Positions 58,447-64,000 of a stretch of DNA of 64,000 bases are shown piece by piece. The DNA is from Eledone cirrhosa (Eukaryota), in assembly GCA_964016885.1 (NCBI GenBank), contig OZ024743.1, forward strand, positions 191,704,001 through 191,768,000, given 5' to 3'. Position numbers and translations under genes: made by a program. Position 1 is the first letter of the stretch. Every line of letters starts with the position of its first letter. The notes beneath the pieces are model-generated. The model saw only the letters and a program-made list of their open reading frames with translations. It was not told the DNA's origin and made no database searches.

Positions 58447-58567
<121 letters not shown>

Positions 58568-58669
58568 CAAAAGTATATATTGAGCTAGAAACTCAATATA
58601 GTCTCTTACAATTAAATAACTCATGGAAAAAGACTTTTCCGGGCCATGTAATATAATTGAATATAAAAG

Positions 58670-59381
58670 AGAGATAAACACATATATACATATATGTGTT
58701 CAAGTCGTAAGGGACAAGATTTGCTAGAGTGAAAAAAATACTAACTATGAACAATACGGTTTACCAGACTCAATTTAAAAGAATAAATTAAGAAAAAATA
58801 CAAACCTAAATTGTGACAACTGTCAATTGTACATCCAGACAGCTTTTGGCAATGCTTTTTCGCAATTAAGTGAACGGAAATTACCAATTCTATTGCTCGT
58901 CGGTGGATGCGGAATTAGTAACCCCTTCACTTCTAAGTATCTCAGAAGACTGAATGAGGCGCTTGTTTAAAATAACGCACATGGCATTCAGAGCCTAGCG
59001 TGTCTCGTAAAACGTACGCGAAACAGCATTGCCAAAAGCTGTCTGGATGTACAATTGACAGTTGTCACAACTTCGGTTTGTATTTTTTCTTAATTTATTC
59101 TTTTAAATAGAGTCTGGCAAACCATATTGTTCATAGTTAGTATATTTTTCACCCTAGCAAATCTGGTCCCTTACGATTTGAACACATATATGCATATATC
59201 TGTGTTTATCTCTTATAATGGTAGTGGGAAAACTTTTTCATTACCATTATAAGGGGTCTGACGAGCCGAGGATTACAGAGTCGGGCTAGATCGATACAGA
59301 TTGAACTATGATCAGTGGCGAAACGCGTGTCACCAACCAATAAACGTAATGAAGGAGTAACCACTCGTCCTTGTTTTATTT

Positions 59382-59385
<4 letters not shown>
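58670..59385 (+). mobile_element. Long-hairpin + hammerhead element (family J)
   Basis: Imperfect ~195-bp inverted repeat (58670-58863 / 59018-59213), hairpin at 59212-59253, HHR, AATAAA at 59339, then (TA)n. Confidence 0.65.
59255..59334 (+). ncRNA. Hammerhead with a canonical core and expanded loop II
   Basis: GGT-CTGACGA-GCC-[49 nt]-GGC-GAAA-C-GCGT-G-TC-ACC; GUC site. Confidence 0.8.
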
Positions 59386-59419
<34 letters not shown>

Positions 59420-59423
<4 letters not shown>

Positions 59424-59694
59424 ATTTTTGTTATTTCTTTTAGTATATGTTGGTTGTATTTGATTCCAGTTCCTCAGAAGAATAACAACACAACCAGAAG
59501 CTGGACATATCGATGTATTGACGGAGTAAAACACACTTCAACAACATGTGTACCTGTCTTTCCCACACCAATTCGGATTGCCTGAAGAGGTCACAGCGAA
59601 TGGTGGCTGTCACCGAAATATATATAGCAGTATATCTATAATTTATAATAAACGAAGCCAAACTTTGCATATTTGACTTAATTATTTTATTTTA
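59420..59694 (+). mobile_element. PLE 3'-end fragment (family F)
   Basis: HHR followed by AATAAACGAAGC, homologous to 2761-2832; between TA tracts. Confidence 0.7.
59578..59630 (+). ncRNA. Hammerhead (family F)
   Basis: TTGC-CTGAAGA-GGTCACAGC-GAATGGTG-GCTGTCACC-GAAA-TATATA-TA-GCAG. Confidence 0.8.
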
Positions 59695-59698
59695 TATA

Positions 59699-59743
<45 letters not shown>

Positions 59744-60019
59744 AAATGAAAAGGATATATGCATATATAGAGGGTGAAAGAGCTATATATAGTATAGGAA
59801 ACACAGTATATTGCATATATACCAAATATATATTCCTTAGAGTGATATGTACACAGGTGGTATCGTTATAGAGACCTTATAGCGTTATTTCATATTCTGT
59901 AGAGTGTAGCTTAAAATCATCATCATATATGTATGTATGTGTGTATGTTTGTATGTATGTATGTATGTATGTATGTATGTATGTATGTATGTATGTATGT
60001 ATGTATGTATGGATGGATG

Positions 60020-60484
60020 GATGACCCCTTAGCCTTTGTCAAGGCAGAATTCTAGGAGAAGGAAAACTCTGATATAACACCTGCAACCCTGATGGTATCC
60101 AATGATGTTGACTTGTTCTTCTTTTTGGTAAATATGATCTTGGTTAAGAGAGTGGGACTGGCTTTGTGCAGTACCTTTGCTCACTATAAAAGCTTCACGG
60201 CACAGGCATTGCTTTATATCTGGAGATCTCTCTGCACTTGTCATCACATGGAACCATGGGCCCAGCACTATGTGTCAATAATTGTCACAAGTGTAGTGTT
60301 TTTTACCAGTGTTTTCAAGTCGCTGGCTGGACTAAAAAGTCACACTCGTTCAGCGCATCGGTAGGGATTCTCCTACATGGATATAAAGTAGTGGCCGTAC
60401 TCGAAAACGAGTTGGCAGCCACCATGTATGTATGTATGTATGTATGTATGTATGTATGTATGTATGTATGTATGTATGTATATG
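60020..60484 (+). mobile_element. Non-autonomous RTE-LINE-related element with a (TGTA)n tail, copy 1
   Basis: The 3' part encodes CHKC...FKSLAGLKSHTRSAHR*, resembling an RTE C-terminal zinc finger, then a terminal hairpin and (TGTA)n. The 5' CTAGGAGAAGGAAAACTCTGA resembles RTE 5' UTRs, from my recall only. Confidence 0.65.
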
Positions 60485-60914
60485 TCCATCCAAAATCACC
60501 GGGAGAGATGACCCCTTAGCCTTTGTCAAGGCAGAATTCTAGGAGAAGGAAAACTCTGATTTAACACCTGCAACCCTGATGGTATCCAATGATGTTGACT
60601 TGTTCTTCTTTTTGGTAAACATCATCTTGGTTAAGAGAGTGGGACTGGCTTTGTGCAGTGCCTTTGCTCACTATAAAAGCTTCACAGCACAGGCATTGCT
60701 TTGTATCTGGAGATCTCTCTGCACTTGTCGTCACATGGTACCATGGGACCAGCACTATGTGTCAATAATTGTCACAAGTGTAGTGTTTCTACCAGAGTTT
60801 TCAAGTCGCTGGCTGGACTAAAAAGTCACACTCGTTCAGCGCATCGGTAGGGATTCTCCAACATGGATATAAAGTAGTGGCCGTACTCGAAAACGAGTTG
60901 GCAGCCACCATGTT

Positions 60915-60916
<2 letters not shown>
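60485..60916 (+). mobile_element. RTE-related element, tandem copy 2
   Basis: Repeats 60020-60425 at an offset of ~487, with scattered substitutions. Confidence 0.7.
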
Positions 60917-60957
<41 letters not shown>

Positions 60958-61295
60958 AGGAGGTGAGTTTTATTGTAGTATAATTATTACACAATACAAT
61001 ATATTCTTACCTTATATCACCTTGAAAAAATCCTTCGTAAACATAAACACATTTTTTTGACGTTAGATTATTCATCCTCAATTCATTATTTTTTTCTCCC
61101 TTTCATCTAACCTATTCATGCTCATCTCACAATATATCCTTACTTACATTACTTTTGTTTTTTTTTTAATAATACATATCAACATTTTCTTTCCATCGCA
61201 CATATTATTAAACCCTTAAATATTATTCTTAATACATATTAACATTTTCTTTCCATCGCACATATTATTAAACCCTTAAATATTATTCTTAATAC

Positions 61296-61475
61296 GTGGA
61301 TTGGCAGTATCGGTAGAGGGTCGGACGCCATGCTTTCCAGCATAGTTACGTCCCTTTACGATCTGAGTTCAAATCCCGCCGAGGTTGACTTTGCCTTTCA
61401 TCCTTACGGGGTCGATAAAATAAAGTACCAGTAATGCACTGGTTAATTGCTGGCCTTGTGCCTAAAGTAGAAACA
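61296..61475 (+). mobile_element. tRNA-derived SINE with a 14-bp target-site duplication
   Basis: A box TGGCAGTATCGG, B box GAGTTCAAATCC. TSD ATTATTCTTAATAC at 61282-61295 and 61476-61489. Confidence 0.9.
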
Positions 61476-61898
61476 ATTATTCTTAATACATATTAACATT
61501 TTCTTTTCATCGCACATATTATTAAACCCTTCAATATACAAACCTTAACTTTACTTTATTTTTCTCTTCGTTAATTTTCAAATTCTTTTAATTTATACAT
61601 TATCTTCCCACGGTTTTTCAACCTCTCTATGTAAAACAATATATTTTTCTCAGTTATAAAAGCTATCTCTCTCTCTCTATCACCCATCTCTCCTCCTATC
61701 TCATCCTTCCTCATTATACTCCTCCCCCTCCATTTTTTACTCTAATCTCCTCCTCTATTTCATCCTTTCCAACCTCCCCCCACCCCCCTCAATTTTTTTT
61801 TCCCAATATCACATATCAATCTAAAACTACTTTTCATATGTTGATTCAAAACTGCACTATTCACAAGTGTTTTTTAACCTTCATATCATGTCTTCCTG

Positions 61899-61965
61899 TT
61901 TTATCTGATGAAAACACAAATATTATTGCATGAAGATGTTTGTTTTTGAAATGGGCATAATAAAA
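61899..61965 (+). ncRNA. Hammerhead (family H)
   Basis: TTTTAT-CTGATGA-AAACACAAATATT...GATGTTTGTTTTT-GAAA-TGGGCA-TA-ATAAAA. Confidence 0.78.
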
Positions 61966-61995
61966 TACATGGAACTCTTTTAACCATCTTTTGAT

Positions 61996-62041
<46 letters not shown>

Positions 62042-64000
62042 TTATTTAAAGGAAATTTCATAACTGTGCAATTTTTTGAGACAGGCGCTATGACCCAGTG
62101 TTTATATCCTCGGAGTTTGTAATGATTGTTTTTAACATTCTGTATGAGATTTAAGTCTTTTAATCATCACATTATTTACTATCTAAGCACATTTTCTATT
62201 TGATTCAAAAAATATAAAATCGCCACTCAGAATAAAATTTCAAATATACAAGCAGTTGTTAAAAACCCCTTAAAATAATTATTGTATATATATATATATA
62301 TATATGCGTATGTTTGTGAGGGAGATTGAGAAATAATCTAAATATACTATATAGACCTGGAAATAAATATATCTTGAATGGGTTATTTTAAAAGAATTTA
62401 ATTTTTACAATAGCTGATACTTTGAAATACTGATAGCTTGAATATTAAGAACGAAATTGAACAAATATATAATCAAAACATGTTTAGACATACTCAACAT
62501 ATTGAATATAGCAAACCCTGATACTAAACATATACAAATTACTCAAAATAGATTTTCTTTTTTGTAATGCACGTAATCAAGGCAGACAGATCCGTGGACG
62601 GTTTGTAATGAAAGTGTGCAATAACAATAAAGATACAGAATCTAACATCGACAGAAGGCAATGATGACTGCGCATTGTTGTTTACATTTGTTGTGCCAAC
62701 AGAGGAAACTAGGAGTTTTCTTCGTGAATTCCAAAGCTGCCATGGCAGGAGTTCTTTAAATCATATGTTTTATCAATCAAGTTTGATGTGTGATTACGCA
62801 ACAACAATATTGGACAGAACAGGTAATATAACACTCTCAGAACGCTACATTGTCTCTGCATATCGAATGCACATCGTATTTCTGAATTTGTTGATTATAT
62901 ACAGTCGCTCTCTCACCACCGTGTAGGTCAGCCCCCTTGAGATGTCACCTTAGACAACGTCACTTGAATAAGTCTTCTCGGTATAATTGGATCCTTCCAG
63001 CCTCAACCACAGTGACGGTAGGTACCTGAAGGAGGATAATCATTTTCCCGCACTATATATCCCCTTCATAAGGATTAGTTGTGGCTTGGCTATACAACTG
63101 CAATGAAAATAAGATAAGAAAGGAATTACAAACACCCACTTGATGGTTAAAGAATAGAAGAGTACCTTACTGAAAATATGCATAAACAATAGACCTGAGT
63201 CGAACGCATTATCCATTGCAACATATCTCTGAAAAAGAAAGTATCGCCAACATAGATATAGTAAACTAATTTACTTAGTCACAGTCAAGATATACAAAAT
63301 ATATAAACACACAGAAATACGTAACAGTAGTTGGATAAAAGACCAATCCAAATGAAGACAGGAAAAGAAAACTGCTAAGAATACTAAGATGAATAAATAA
63401 ATATATATCGAAATATTAAAATAATTAAGATACGAAACCAAATACAAAATCTTGAGGAAATAGAGCATCGAGAGAAAAGAGTAAGTTACAGAAATAGAAG
63501 AGAGATTAAGATAGCAATTATCAGCAAAGACGCAACGTATTAACCGATTTCACTAGCGTAAATGTTTCTTTAAACATAATGAACTATTTGAATAAAACCT
63601 CTATAGAAGATTGACTAAGTCAATCACAGAGATAACAGCATCACAAACAAAGCTAAAGCTAATGCAATATTGGATAGATATATGATGAAAATCTATCACC
63701 CATAACAGAAATAACTGCATGGCTTATAAAACAGGCCCAACAAAGTCAGAAATTAAAAAGTGGGTATTGCGAAATATATCGATTAAGGAAATGAATTTAG
63801 CATTAAAAACACCAGCAAGGAAAAATTCCCTATAATCGATAAGGTACCAACGCATTGGCTGAAATATCGTATGAGTACACACACAACCGATGCAAGAGCT
63901 TTCAACAGCCTGATATAATAATCACAAATAATACCAAGGTGGTTAATAGAAGATAAGAAAACAATTATCTCTAAAAGCTTCCACACCACTAACACTCAGG

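Larger units (their letters stand above)
60957..61998 (+). mobile_element. PLE 3' region (family H), with three ~60-bp tandem units and a SINE insertion
   Basis: Homologous to 34527-35060; HHR at 61899-61965; ends in (TA)n. Confidence 0.75.

Overview
AT-rich animal genomic DNA with no recognisable host gene. The (TA)n/(CA)n density and the tRNA-derived SINEs suggest an octopus or other coleoid cephalopod, which is an inference. The window is a nest of Penelope-like retroelements (PLEs), nearly all inserted into (TA)n tracts. It holds two apparently identical, intact 813-aa RT + GIY-YIG ORFs with a CxCx5Cx5C linker and YRDD (Nematis-type, 'family A'), lying inside a ~12.1-kb tandem duplication. 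It also holds a near-intact second Nematis-type family (B), a decayed third (C), a very C-rich Neptune-type PLE, and many short PLE 3'-end (pLTR) fragments. By eye I find about 22 type-I hammerhead ribozyme (HHR) motifs from about 10 distinct sequence families. These include a form with a ~115-nt stem II supported by G.U/A-U interchange between copies, a CAGAAGA core variant, and three families whose stem III is (AU)4. Several unrelated families share one asymmetric fold-back geometry: an inverted arm ends 20-70 nt past the HHR site, while the forward copy runs 125-210 nt past it. tRNA-SINEs, an RTE-derived bipartite element and several perfect palindromes are also present. Most ORFs in the supplied track are microsatellite artefacts. 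All calls are by eye, and boundaries inside TA tracts are approximate.
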